IMG/VR virus record: IMGVR_UViG_2821091796_000001
Coordinates: 64,001-118,187 of that record
From: a virus
Lineage: Duplodnaviria > Heunggongvirae > Uroviricota > Caudoviricetes
Reading direction: 5' to 3' (one strand)
Length of the DNA: 54,187 bases
The notes beneath the pieces are model-generated. The model had not been told where the DNA came from. It saw nothing but the letters and a program-made list of their open reading frames with translations, and did no database searches. A program made the translations under genes and the position numbers. Shown here one piece after another: positions 44,444 to 52,270 of the stretch. Every line of letters begins with the position of its first letter. Position 1 is the first letter of the stretch.

Positions 44444-44962
44444 ATGCCTGCGATTACACTCACCGCAACCGGACATCGACATGTCCAACTTCCCAATTGG
44501 CCCCGGATGCGGATGATTGAAGGGCGAACAGAACAGGCCCTTAAATCCATTGTTCAAAACACACTCAATTCCTGCCTGGATTTGGAGTCCTTTGTCAGTT
44601 GCGGCATGTTGGGTTTTGACATGTGCGCCACCGAAGTAGCCATTGAGATCGGCTTGCCAACAACTCTTGCCATTCCCTTTGCAGCATTCGGTTCAAAGTG
44701 GCCGGATGACATGCGCAAGCGGCTCGATCGTATGCTGGAAAGAGCCAAAGAGGTTATCACCGTCTCTAAGGGTCCGTTCTCGCTTGGGAAAATGCGTCGC
44801 GCAAATCATTGGCGCATCGATCGCGCAAATATGGTTGCGGCGCTTTGGGATGGTCGGCCGAGCGATACGAGCGACACCATTATCTATGCATATTCGCGGC
44901 GAGTCCCAGTCCAAAATCTTTATCGAGACTTTGTGAAGCACGCCGATCAATTCTTGATATAA
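44444..44962 (+). CDS. YspA/DUF1273-like SLOG family protein
   Basis: TGHR, GMLGFD..ATEVA, AIPF...W, RANHWRID, ALWDG motifs. Confidence 0.7.
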   Translation: MPAITLTATGHRHVQLPNWPRMRMIEGRTEQALKSIVQNTLNSCLDLESFVSCGMLGFDMCATEVAIEIGLPTTLAIPFAAFGSKWPDDMRKRLDRMLERAKEVITVSKGPFSLGKMRRANHWRIDRANMVAALWDGRPSDTSDTIIYAYSRRVPVQNLYRDFVKHADQFLI

Positions 44963-44963
44963 T
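44938..44963 (+). promoter_or_regulatory. Phage-type promoter
   Basis: GCACGCC-N11-GATATAAT, operator follows directly. Confidence 0.65.
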
Positions 44964-44983
44964 ATCAATCAAATTTGACTTAA
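44964..44983. promoter_or_regulatory. Palindromic operator copy 15
   Basis: ATCAATCAAATTTGACTTAA. Confidence 0.75.
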
Positions 44984-45012
44984 CACACATGGATAAAACT
45001 AAGGAAGTTTTA

Positions 45013-45531
45013 ATGGTTGCAAGACGCACAGTGGGTTTGAAACACGAGCCGGAGTATCTCAAGACAGCAGGCGCGGCGATTGTCGATGCCGTCACCAATA
45101 ACCGCATTGACGATCCGGAGGTTTTCTCGATTGAGGGAACCCCAATGGTCACGCAGAAAACCGAGGACGGTAAATACAAGCAGAAGCCTGGTATTGCTGG
45201 CCAGGAGTTCTTCATGCATGACGCATATGTCGGTGCGCGGGCCGATCTGATTTTCATTCTGAAGCCAGTTGACAGTCAGGACTACGAACACATCGAAGTT
45301 CCGGTCAAAAAGATGGATGTTACCTTCCGACACCCTTCGATGATCATCGCTGGCCATCTCAAAATGGAACCTTCAGCTGAACTCGATACTGCAATGATCG
45401 TCGCCAAACTTTACGGGGAAGCGATGTCCCAAGGTAAAGCTGTCGAAAAGGCTGAGGCCAAAGCGAAGCTGGAGGACAAGCTTTCCAAGCGTGAAGTATA
45501 TTCAAAAGTTCCAAATTTCGGGAGGTTCTGA
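45013..45531 (+). CDS. Hypothetical protein ending PNFGRF
   Basis: AAGGAAG RBS before ATG 45013; TGATG coupling to resolvase. Confidence 0.65.
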   Translation: MVARRTVGLKHEPEYLKTAGAAIVDAVTNNRIDDPEVFSIEGTPMVTQKTEDGKYKQKPGIAGQEFFMHDAYVGARADLIFILKPVDSQDYEHIEVPVKKMDVTFRHPSMIIAGHLKMEPSAELDTAMIVAKLYGEAMSQGKAVEKAEAKAKLEDKLSKREVYSKVPNFGRF

Positions 45532-46106
45532 TGGGATCGATCATTGTTGCCGGTCTTGATGGATCATTACGAAACTTTGGCGTCGCCAAACTCGCTGTCG
45601 ATCTCACCACAATGGCGCTCAGCGTCATCGGGCTGGAGCTGTCCGAGACCGCGAAAGACAAAAACAAACAGGTCCGCAAATCCTCGGATTTGTTTCGCCG
45701 AGCCCAGGAGAACCACGCAGCCGTTGTCGATGCGGTGAAGGACTGCACAGTCTGCTTCGCTGAAATCCCCTCTGGAGGGCAGAGTTACGACGCTGTGATC
45801 GGCTTCGGCATTACGATCGGTGTCTATGCGTCGCTTCCGATCCCGCTGATTGAGGTCTCGCCGGCCGAAACGAAGCTCGCTGTGCTTGGCACTCGAACAG
45901 CCTCGAAAGAGGAAATGATCGAATGGGCTTATGCGACCTATCCAGATGCTCCATGGAAAACGCAAAAGCGCGGTGGAGTTATCGTTCCGACTTTAAAGAA
46001 CGAGCATCTTGCGGATGCATGTGCAGTTGTCCATGCCGGAATCAAAACGCCGCAATTCAAGCAGGTTTTGGCCATCCTCAAGGCGAATGAGAAACTCGTC
46101 GCATAA
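45531..46106 (+). CDS. RuvC-like Holliday junction resolvase
   Basis: AGLDGSLRNFG, FAEIP, P.ETKL, HLADA motifs. Confidence 0.82.
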   Translation: MGSIIVAGLDGSLRNFGVAKLAVDLTTMALSVIGLELSETAKDKNKQVRKSSDLFRRAQENHAAVVDAVKDCTVCFAEIPSGGQSYDAVIGFGITIGVYASLPIPLIEVSPAETKLAVLGTRTASKEEMIEWAYATYPDAPWKTQKRGGVIVPTLKNEHLADACAVVHAGIKTPQFKQVLAILKANEKLVA

Positions 46107-46128
46107 TCCTTTATGTCAAGTCTACAAT
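46103..46128 (+). promoter_or_regulatory. Phage-type promoter (RNR operon)
   Basis: ATAATCC-N11-TCTACAAT, operator follows directly. Confidence 0.6.
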
Positions 46129-46148
46129 GTAAATCATTATTGATTTAC
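46129..46148. promoter_or_regulatory. Palindromic operator copy 16
   Basis: GTAAATCATTATTGATTTAC. Confidence 0.87.
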
Positions 46149-46204
46149 TATATGAAACCCCTCCCCTTTTGGAGGGGATTTCCTTCTCAGATCGCAGGTA
46201 ACAA

Positions 46205-47176
46205 ATGCTCTTTCAAGAACAAGTGGCGCGAAAGCCAAATCTCTACCCTTGGACTCAGGATTTCATCGACAAGATTTGGGCTGGATTCTGGACGCCAAAC
46301 GAGTTCAATTTTAAGGGCGACTACGGCCAATTTAAAACGGCTCTATCGCAAGAGGAACGGCTGATTATCACCCGGACCCTGTCGGCGATCGGTCAGGTCG
46401 AGATTGCGGTAAAAAAGTTCTGGGCTTTGCTTGGCGACAACCTGCCTCATCCGGCGATCGCAGATCTTGGCGGCGTCATGAGCCACTCGGAAATCATTCA
46501 TAACCTCGCCTATATCAAGCTGCTCGACAAACTTGGTCTCGATGACGTGTTTGAAGAAAACCTGAAGGAGCCCGTCGTTAAGGGCCGCGTCGAATATCTG
46601 CGCAAGCATCTGGCGAAGGTCTATGGCGACGACAAGAAGCAGTATGTGTATTCCATCATCCTTTTCACGCTGTTCGTTGAGAACGTCAGCCTGTTCTCGC
46701 AATTCTATACGATCCTATGGTTCAATCGCTTCAAGAACGTCCTGAAGGATACGGCCCAGCAGGTGCAATACACGCGCAATGAGGAGCTTCTCCACGCGCA
46801 GGTCGGTATCAAGATCATCAACACGCTGCGAGAAGAATATCCGGAACTGTTCGACGCGGATCTGGAGCAGCGCATCAGCGAAGCCACGCACGCAGCTTAC
46901 GCGTCCGAATGCGCGCTCATCGATTGGATGATCGGATCCTACGAGCGCGACGGACTGTCTGCAGATCTCCTCAAACAATACATCGCCAAGCGGATGAACG
47001 ATAGCCTCGCCGCTATCCGGTTCGCACCGCAATTCGTCACTGATCCCGCTTCCATAGCCAAGACATATTGGATGGATGAAGAGCAGTTCGGAAACAATAT
47101 GACCGATTTCTTTCACAAGAAGCCGGTCGAATACGCAAAGAAAAACAAAGCCTACGAAGTAGAGGATCTATTCTGA
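46205..47176 (+). CDS. nrdB: Ribonucleotide reductase class I beta subunit
   Basis: FWTPNE, EIAVKKFW, SEIIH..AY, ENVSLFSQF, RNEELLH and DFF motifs. Confidence 0.92.
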   Translation: MLFQEQVARKPNLYPWTQDFIDKIWAGFWTPNEFNFKGDYGQFKTALSQEERLIITRTLSAIGQVEIAVKKFWALLGDNLPHPAIADLGGVMSHSEIIHNLAYIKLLDKLGLDDVFEENLKEPVVKGRVEYLRKHLAKVYGDDKKQYVYSIILFTLFVENVSLFSQFYTILWFNRFKNVLKDTAQQVQYTRNEELLHAQVGIKIINTLREEYPELFDADLEQRISEATHAAYASECALIDWMIGSYERDGLSADLLKQYIAKRMNDSLAAIRFAPQFVTDPASIAKTYWMDEEQFGNNMTDFFHKKPVEYAKKNKAYEVEDLF

Positions 47177-47178
47177 AA

Positions 47179-48819
47179 ATGACTTACTGGTTGAATGACG
47201 ACGCGAGAACCTTTCTTGCGCGGGGCTATCTCGCGCCTGGACAGACCGCAGAGGAGCGCATTTCGGAAATCGCGCATACCGCTGCCCGTATTCTCGACCT
47301 TCCGGCTTTTGCCGCGGAGTTCGAGCAAGACGTTTTGAACGGTTGGGTGTCTCTTGCCTCGCCTGTCTGGGCGAATTTTGGCACTAACCGCGGACTGCCG
47401 ATCTCCTGTAACAACTCCTATTTCGAAGACACGACCGAAAGCATTCTGCTCAAGACTGCTGAAATCGGCATGATGACGAAGTTCGGCGCCGGCACTTCTG
47501 CCTATATCAGCGCACTTCGCCCACGCGGTGCACCGATTAAGGGCGGCGGAATGTCGAATGGTCCGGTTCACTTCATGGGCCTTTTGCAGGAAACGACCGA
47601 CATTATCAGTCAGACCGGCGTTCGCCGCGGATCTTGCGCGGTCTATATCGACATTGACCATCCCGATATTGAAGAGTTTCTCGACTGCCGCGAAGAAGGC
47701 AATGACATTCAGCATCTTTCACTAGGCGTCTGCATCCCGGACGCTTGGATGAACGATATGCGCGAGGGCGATCAGGCGAAGCGCAAAATCTGGGCGCGTG
47801 TCCTAAAAAAGCGCGCGGAGACGGGCTATCCGTATCTCTTCTTCTCCGATGCAGCCAATCGCGGCAAGCCGCAGGTCTACAAAGACAAGAACATGACCAT
47901 TTGGTCATCCAATCTTTGCACCGAGATCATGCAACCATCGAGCGCTGATGAATCCTTCGTGTGCTGCTTAGCATCAATGAACCTTCTGCATTATCCGGAC
48001 TGGAAGGATTCCGGCGCTGTCCGCCGGATGACCATGTTCCTTGATGCGGTCATGGGTGAATATATCGAGAAGGTCAAAGACAACTATTTGATGTGCAATG
48101 CCTATAATTTCGCGAAGAACCATCGTGCGATCGGCATCGGCGCTCTCGGCTGGCATTCCTTCCTGCAGTCGCGGTCGATCCCATACGAGTCCATGCAGGC
48201 AAAACTTCTGAATGCGGAGATCTTCAAACACATCGATGCAGAATCGCTTGCAGCGTCCAAGGAGATGGCAATTCTTTATGGCGAGCCCGAGCTTCTCAAG
48301 GGTTACGGTCTGCGCAATGCAACACGTATGGCGATCGCTCCAACGACGAGCTCTTCCTTCATTCTTGGCCAGGTGTCGCCGTCCACTGATCCGGAGAACT
48401 CGAACTACTACACGAAAGATTTGCAGAAGGGCAAATTCACCTACAAGAACCCCTATTTGCTCAAGGTTCTCGACGGCTACACACGCAATGATGCGGAAAC
48501 CTGGCACTCAATTCTGCTTGCCGGTGGTTCGGTCCAGCACCTCGACTTCATGTCCCAGCACGATAAGGACGTATTCAAGACTTTTGGCGAGATTGCGCAG
48601 ATCGAAATCATCACGCAGGCAGCTCAGCGCCAGCAGTTCATCGACCAAGGTCAGTCCGTCAACTTGATGATCCATCCAGACACACCGCTTAAGGATGTGA
48701 ACGCGCTCTACGTGCGTGCCTGGGAGCTTGGCTTGAAGTCGATGTATTACCAGCGCTCGACCAATCCGGCGCAGGAATTTGCCAGAACCTTGGTGAGTTG
48801 TGTGTCTTGTGAGGCATAA
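47179..48819 (+). CDS. nrdA: Ribonucleotide reductase class I alpha subunit (no ATP cone)
   Basis: ISCN, SNLCTE, AIAPT, DQGQS and C-terminal CVSCEA motifs. Confidence 0.93.
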   Translation: MTYWLNDDARTFLARGYLAPGQTAEERISEIAHTAARILDLPAFAAEFEQDVLNGWVSLASPVWANFGTNRGLPISCNNSYFEDTTESILLKTAEIGMMTKFGAGTSAYISALRPRGAPIKGGGMSNGPVHFMGLLQETTDIISQTGVRRGSCAVYIDIDHPDIEEFLDCREEGNDIQHLSLGVCIPDAWMNDMREGDQAKRKIWARVLKKRAETGYPYLFFSDAANRGKPQVYKDKNMTIWSSNLCTEIMQPSSADESFVCCLASMNLLHYPDWKDSGAVRRMTMFLDAVMGEYIEKVKDNYLMCNAYNFAKNHRAIGIGALGWHSFLQSRSIPYESMQAKLLNAEIFKHIDAESLAASKEMAILYGEPELLKGYGLRNATRMAIAPTTSSSFILGQVSPSTDPENSNYYTKDLQKGKFTYKNPYLLKVLDGYTRNDAETWHSILLAGGSVQHLDFMSQHDKDVFKTFGEIAQIEIITQAAQRQQFIDQGQSVNLMIHPDTPLKDVNALYVRAWELGLKSMYYQRSTNPAQEFARTLVSCVSCEA

Positions 48820-48865
48820 AGCGGTCTAGACCAACTTTTTCAACAGAGTTGTTGTGTCGATTCAC

Positions 48866-49034
48866 TTGACGGTGCCGTCAACTAGCATACAGACTGTCGC
48901 CAACTTCTGTAGAAGTTAAGGGACGCCGGCGGGGAGGTCGGGCTTGAAATCCGATCTTCCCACCGACTATGAAAAAAAACTGATCTTCTCCGTCTGGTAT
49001 GGACCCAGACATTCTGCATGGTGTGGACCCATGC
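48866..49034 (+). ncRNA. Possible structured non-coding element
   Basis: Five consecutive inverted repeats; G-U pairs favour + strand RNA; CTTGAC -35-like site at 48865. Confidence 0.35.
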
Positions 49035-49189
49035 TTCGCGTCACAGTGTTTCACTACCTCTGACATGGAATAACTTGAGCATAGATTGCAAGCCTCTGAG
49101 CGGTCAAACATTGAGTTAGCCACAGCTTGCGCGCTTATTTCACTGTATTCTGCGCAAAGCACTCCCGAAAATTTCTATTGAATCCATGA

Positions 49190-49215
49190 GTAGCCCTGAA
49201 TGATTCTGCTATAAG
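49190..49215 (+). promoter_or_regulatory. Phage-type promoter
   Basis: GTAGCCC-N11-GCTATAAG, overlaps operator. Confidence 0.75.
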
Positions 49216-49234
49216 TAAATCAGCAATGATTGAT
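49215..49234. promoter_or_regulatory. Palindromic operator copy 17
   Basis: GTAAATCAGCAATGATTGAT. Confidence 0.78.
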
Positions 49235-49251
49235 TATACTCGGGAGACAGA

Positions 49252-49404
49252 ATGCTCATTTTAATACTTCTTGCTGTGTATGACCTGACCACGAGGATCC
49301 TCGCGAACTCGCAGGCAAAGGTCCGGCACCCGCTTCTGCATGCCCAGCTTTTCTCGCATATGCTTTGCGTAGTTGGCTTCTCCTATTTCTGGTTCAACCG
49401 ATGA
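49252..49404 (+). CDS. 50-aa hydrophobic peptide (below ORF-track cutoff)
   Basis: GGGAG RBS; MLILILLAVY...VVGFSYFWFNR; ATGA overlap with next gene. Confidence 0.6.
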   Translation: MLILILLAVYDLTTRILANSQAKVRHPLLHAQLFSHMLCVVGFSYFWFNR

Positions 49405-49574
49405 GCGCGCCAATTTCGAAGGGCGATATCGTGACGCTTAAATATCACGAGAATGCGCCGGACATGACGGTCCAGCGCGTCGATATGCAGGGCGCTGTAG
49501 TCGTCTGGTTCGACAAGAAGAACCGCCTCTGCCGCGACTGCATCAATGAAAACCTACTAGCCAGGGTCTCGTAA
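49401..49574 (+). CDS. DUF2158/YodC-like small protein
   Basis: GDIVTLK...PDMTV...VVVWF pattern; TAATG coupling to thyX. Confidence 0.65.
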   Translation: MSAPISKGDIVTLKYHENAPDMTVQRVDMQGAVVVWFDKKNRLCRDCINENLLARVS

Positions 49575-50593
49575 TGAACATTCCATCCAAAATGCCATCC
49601 GACGACATCTTCTTCGCCAAAGTCATCGCCGATTCCGTCAGTGAGGAAGGCGTCCGCATCACGACGCTGCATTTGCGATATCCACGCATCATTCACGCCG
49701 AGCTGATGACACACCGCGTTTTCAGCCGCAATGCACGTTCGAGTAGAGCTGTGCCGGTCAAAACGATGTTGGCTGAAGTGCGCACCAATCCTTTCATTCC
49801 GTGGCACTGGGGTAAGAACCAGAAGGGAATGCAAGCCTCAGAGGAATGCAACGCGCCAGTTGAAATCTTCAATTCGGAAAATCTCCACGATGAAGAAAAC
49901 TCGTTCGGAGTGAACACTGACAGTCATTCACGCGAAAGTGCCTGGCGTCTCGCAGCCCAGTGTGCCGTTGGCTTTGCAGAAGCATTCTCCGATGCGGGCT
50001 ACCACAAGCAGATAGCCAACCGTCTCCTTGAACCGTTCATGTATATTGACGTATTGGTGACTTCGACCTCGTGGGCGAACTGGTTCTCATTGCGCGATCA
50101 CAAAGACGCGGAGCCGCACATCGCTGATCTTGCACGCTTGATGAAGATCGCTATGGAGCAATCAGCACCGCGTCTTCTCACAAAAGGTCAGTGGCATCTT
50201 CCATACATTTCTGAAGCCGACGCCGATGCTGTCGAGGATTATCTCGAGCCCTATCCCGAGACGACGCATCCTACTATCGACGTTTTGAAAAGACTCTCGG
50301 TCGCTCGCTGCGCGCGTATTTCTTACAAGCCGTTCGATGGCGACGCTTCCGTAGAAAAGGAGCTCGAGCGTTACTGGCTGCTCGTCGGCTCCACACCGCT
50401 GCATGCATCGCCGGCCGAACATCAAGCAACGCCGGACACGCTCCTAGAGACCACCCTCTATGACAATGGAGGTCACTGGATTGGCCCAAGTCAGGAATGG
50501 GACGCCGCTGAACTGCACGGCAATTTCGAGGGCTGGATCCAATATCGCAAGACGCTGCCGAACGAATACGTTCGCGATCAGCGCGCCGCTTAA
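49574..50593 (+). CDS. thyX: FAD-dependent thymidylate synthase ThyX-like
   Basis: ELMTHRVFSRNARSSRA, NRLLEP, NWFSLR, ARCARISY and HASPAEH motifs. Confidence 0.8.
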   Translation: MNIPSKMPSDDIFFAKVIADSVSEEGVRITTLHLRYPRIIHAELMTHRVFSRNARSSRAVPVKTMLAEVRTNPFIPWHWGKNQKGMQASEECNAPVEIFNSENLHDEENSFGVNTDSHSRESAWRLAAQCAVGFAEAFSDAGYHKQIANRLLEPFMYIDVLVTSTSWANWFSLRDHKDAEPHIADLARLMKIAMEQSAPRLLTKGQWHLPYISEADADAVEDYLEPYPETTHPTIDVLKRLSVARCARISYKPFDGDASVEKELERYWLLVGSTPLHASPAEHQATPDTLLETTLYDNGGHWIGPSQEWDAAELHGNFEGWIQYRKTLPNEYVRDQRAA

Positions 50594-50618
50594 TTATACC
50601 TCAAACCAGGAGAACCAA

Positions 50619-50882
50619 ATGAAACGAAACTTCGTATTTGTGGCTACGGCAATTGCCACATGTGCCATATTGGTTGGATGCGGCGTCGATCCGCAGAAAG
50701 CAACTGCGGCATTGAACGCACAGGGGATATCGGACGTGACCATTGGAGACCATGCCTTTTTCGGCTGCGGCGAGAGTGACAGTCGGGCGTCAGAATTTAG
50801 AGGAACTGGCGCAAACGGGAAGCCGGTAACTGGTGTCGTCTGCTCGGCTTGGCTCAAAGGTATAACAGTCCGCTATGACTGA
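50619..50882 (+). CDS. Small phage lipoprotein
   Basis: AGGAG RBS; lipobox LVGC; FFGCGESD...VTGVVCS. Confidence 0.75.
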   Translation: MKRNFVFVATAIATCAILVGCGVDPQKATAALNAQGISDVTIGDHAFFGCGESDSRASEFRGTGANGKPVTGVVCSAWLKGITVRYD

Positions 50883-51090
50883 CAGCACACTCGCCTACCG
50901 CATGAAGTCTCTCAACGCGGCAACGAGCGAAGAACCCGAGGAGGCCGGCCATTACTTCACCTTTGACGAGGATGAAGATGAAAGCGCCACTTGGATCGGG
51001 CCATTTGCGACAATTGAGGCGCTCGAACAAGCTGTAAGCGATGCGATCAAGGCAGCCTATGAGGCCGCTATTACCTGCTTTTTCAATTAG
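50875..51090 (+). CDS. Hypothetical acidic protein
   Basis: Overlaps upstream gene; 71 aa. Confidence 0.5.
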   Translation: MTDSTLAYRMKSLNAATSEEPEEAGHYFTFDEDEDESATWIGPFATIEALEQAVSDAIKAAYEAAITCFFN

Positions 51091-51101
51091 AAAGACCGAC
51101 A

Positions 51102-51569
51102 ATGAGCATTTATACCCTTCCTGTTAAGGTTCAGCGCACGCATGAGCGTGCCAAACTTCCCGTCTACAGCTCTAAGGAAGCTGCCGGCGCCGACCTTCAT
51201 GCCATGATCAACAACAAGATTGAAAAAGAAGTAATCGCGCCGGGACAAACCCGTCTGATTCAGACCGGTCTTAAGATCGAACTGCCGGAAGGCACCGAAG
51301 CACAAGTTCGCTCACGATCCGGTCTGGCGCTCAAGAAGTCGATCATTGTGTTGAACGCGCCGGGCACTATCGACAGTGACTATCGCGGCGAGATTGGCGT
51401 GATTATTCACAATGCTGGCAATGAGGACTTCTGGGTCAGCCATGGCGATCGCATTGCCCAATTGGTAATTGCGCCTGTTCTGCGCGGCGTCTTCGAGGAA
51501 GCGGCCGAGATTCAGTCCATCACTGATCGCGGCGAAGGTGGCTTTGGCTCAACTGGGGTGCAAAGCTGA
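51102..51569 (+). CDS. dut: dUTPase (trimeric)
   Basis: AAGADL, RSRSGLA, GTIDSDYRGEI, GDRIAQLV and RGEGGFGSTG motifs. Confidence 0.96.
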   Translation: MSIYTLPVKVQRTHERAKLPVYSSKEAAGADLHAMINNKIEKEVIAPGQTRLIQTGLKIELPEGTEAQVRSRSGLALKKSIIVLNAPGTIDSDYRGEIGVIIHNAGNEDFWVSHGDRIAQLVIAPVLRGVFEEAAEIQSITDRGEGGFGSTGVQS

Positions 51570-52189
51570 TGCTCTATGGTCTGACTGGCGCTCACAGATC
51601 CGGAAAGACCACGCTCGGCACAGCCCTTGCGGAGGATCTGGAAGGCTTGCACTTCCATGCAACTTCTACAACCGCAGTAGCCAAAGCGCACGGCTTCGAT
51701 CCGGTGGCTCCCATGAGTCTGGCCGAACGGCTGAAATTGCAGCGCATTCTGCTTTCCGATCATATCAAGACGGTCCAAGCACTTCCGCGACCATTGGTGG
51801 TCGATCGCACGCCGCTCGACTATCTCGGCTATCTCCTTGCAGAGTTCAACATGACCTCGGCCAGGAACACGACGCCCGAGGTTCTCGACGAGGCAACCAG
51901 CTTCGTCAATGAATGCCTGGACGCCGCACTGACCTATTACGACATGATCTTCTATCTTTCGCCGCTTCCAAGCTATGAGGCGGCGGAGGGTAAGCCGGAT
52001 CTAAACAAGCCGTTCCAGTGGCACCACGCACTCCTGGTGCAAGGCTCTCTGGCGATGCTCGAAGGTCGGCTGCCCTATATGATCATCGAGGATACAACAC
52101 ACGACTTCCGGCGCGATTTCGTTCAGAACCAGATTGTCGAGCGCATGGACCACATTGATATCATGACCCGCCAGAGTCCCTATCAATAA
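51569..52189 (+). CDS. P-loop kinase / AAA_28-like ATPase
   Basis: GLTGAHRSGKTT; DRTPLDYLGY; YDMIFY. Confidence 0.75.
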   Translation: MLYGLTGAHRSGKTTLGTALAEDLEGLHFHATSTTAVAKAHGFDPVAPMSLAERLKLQRILLSDHIKTVQALPRPLVVDRTPLDYLGYLLAEFNMTSARNTTPEVLDEATSFVNECLDAALTYYDMIFYLSPLPSYEAAEGKPDLNKPFQWHHALLVQGSLAMLEGRLPYMIIEDTTHDFRRDFVQNQIVERMDHIDIMTRQSPYQ

Positions 52190-52192
52190 AAG

Positions 52193-52212
52193 GTAAATCA
52201 TTATTGACTTAC
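52193..52212. promoter_or_regulatory. Palindromic operator copy 18
   Basis: GTAAATCATTATTGACTTAC; contains -35 TTGACT of TTGACT-17-TATAGC (52204-52232). Confidence 0.87.
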
Positions 52213-52243
52213 AAATGACGCTTGGATATAGCGTTTGCCACAA

Positions 52244-52270
52244 GCATTCCGATAATGCTCGCGTTATAAA
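52244..52270 (+). promoter_or_regulatory. Phage-type promoter
   Basis: GCATTCC-N12-GTTATAAA, operator follows directly. Confidence 0.65.

Noticed and set aside
46150-46204. Cobalamin or other riboswitch upstream of RNR
   Set aside because: Leader is too short and lacks recognisable riboswitch motifs
48998-49028. GGA-containing loops as CsrA/RsmA binding sites
   Set aside because: Only two loops, one lacks the A-N-GGA context, and no CsrA homologue is in the window; kept only as generic conserved loops
48878-49162. Minus-strand 94-aa Cys-containing ORF
   Set aside because: No clear RBS or family motif, and it overlaps hairpins whose G-U pairs favour the + strand; not excluded, but unsupported
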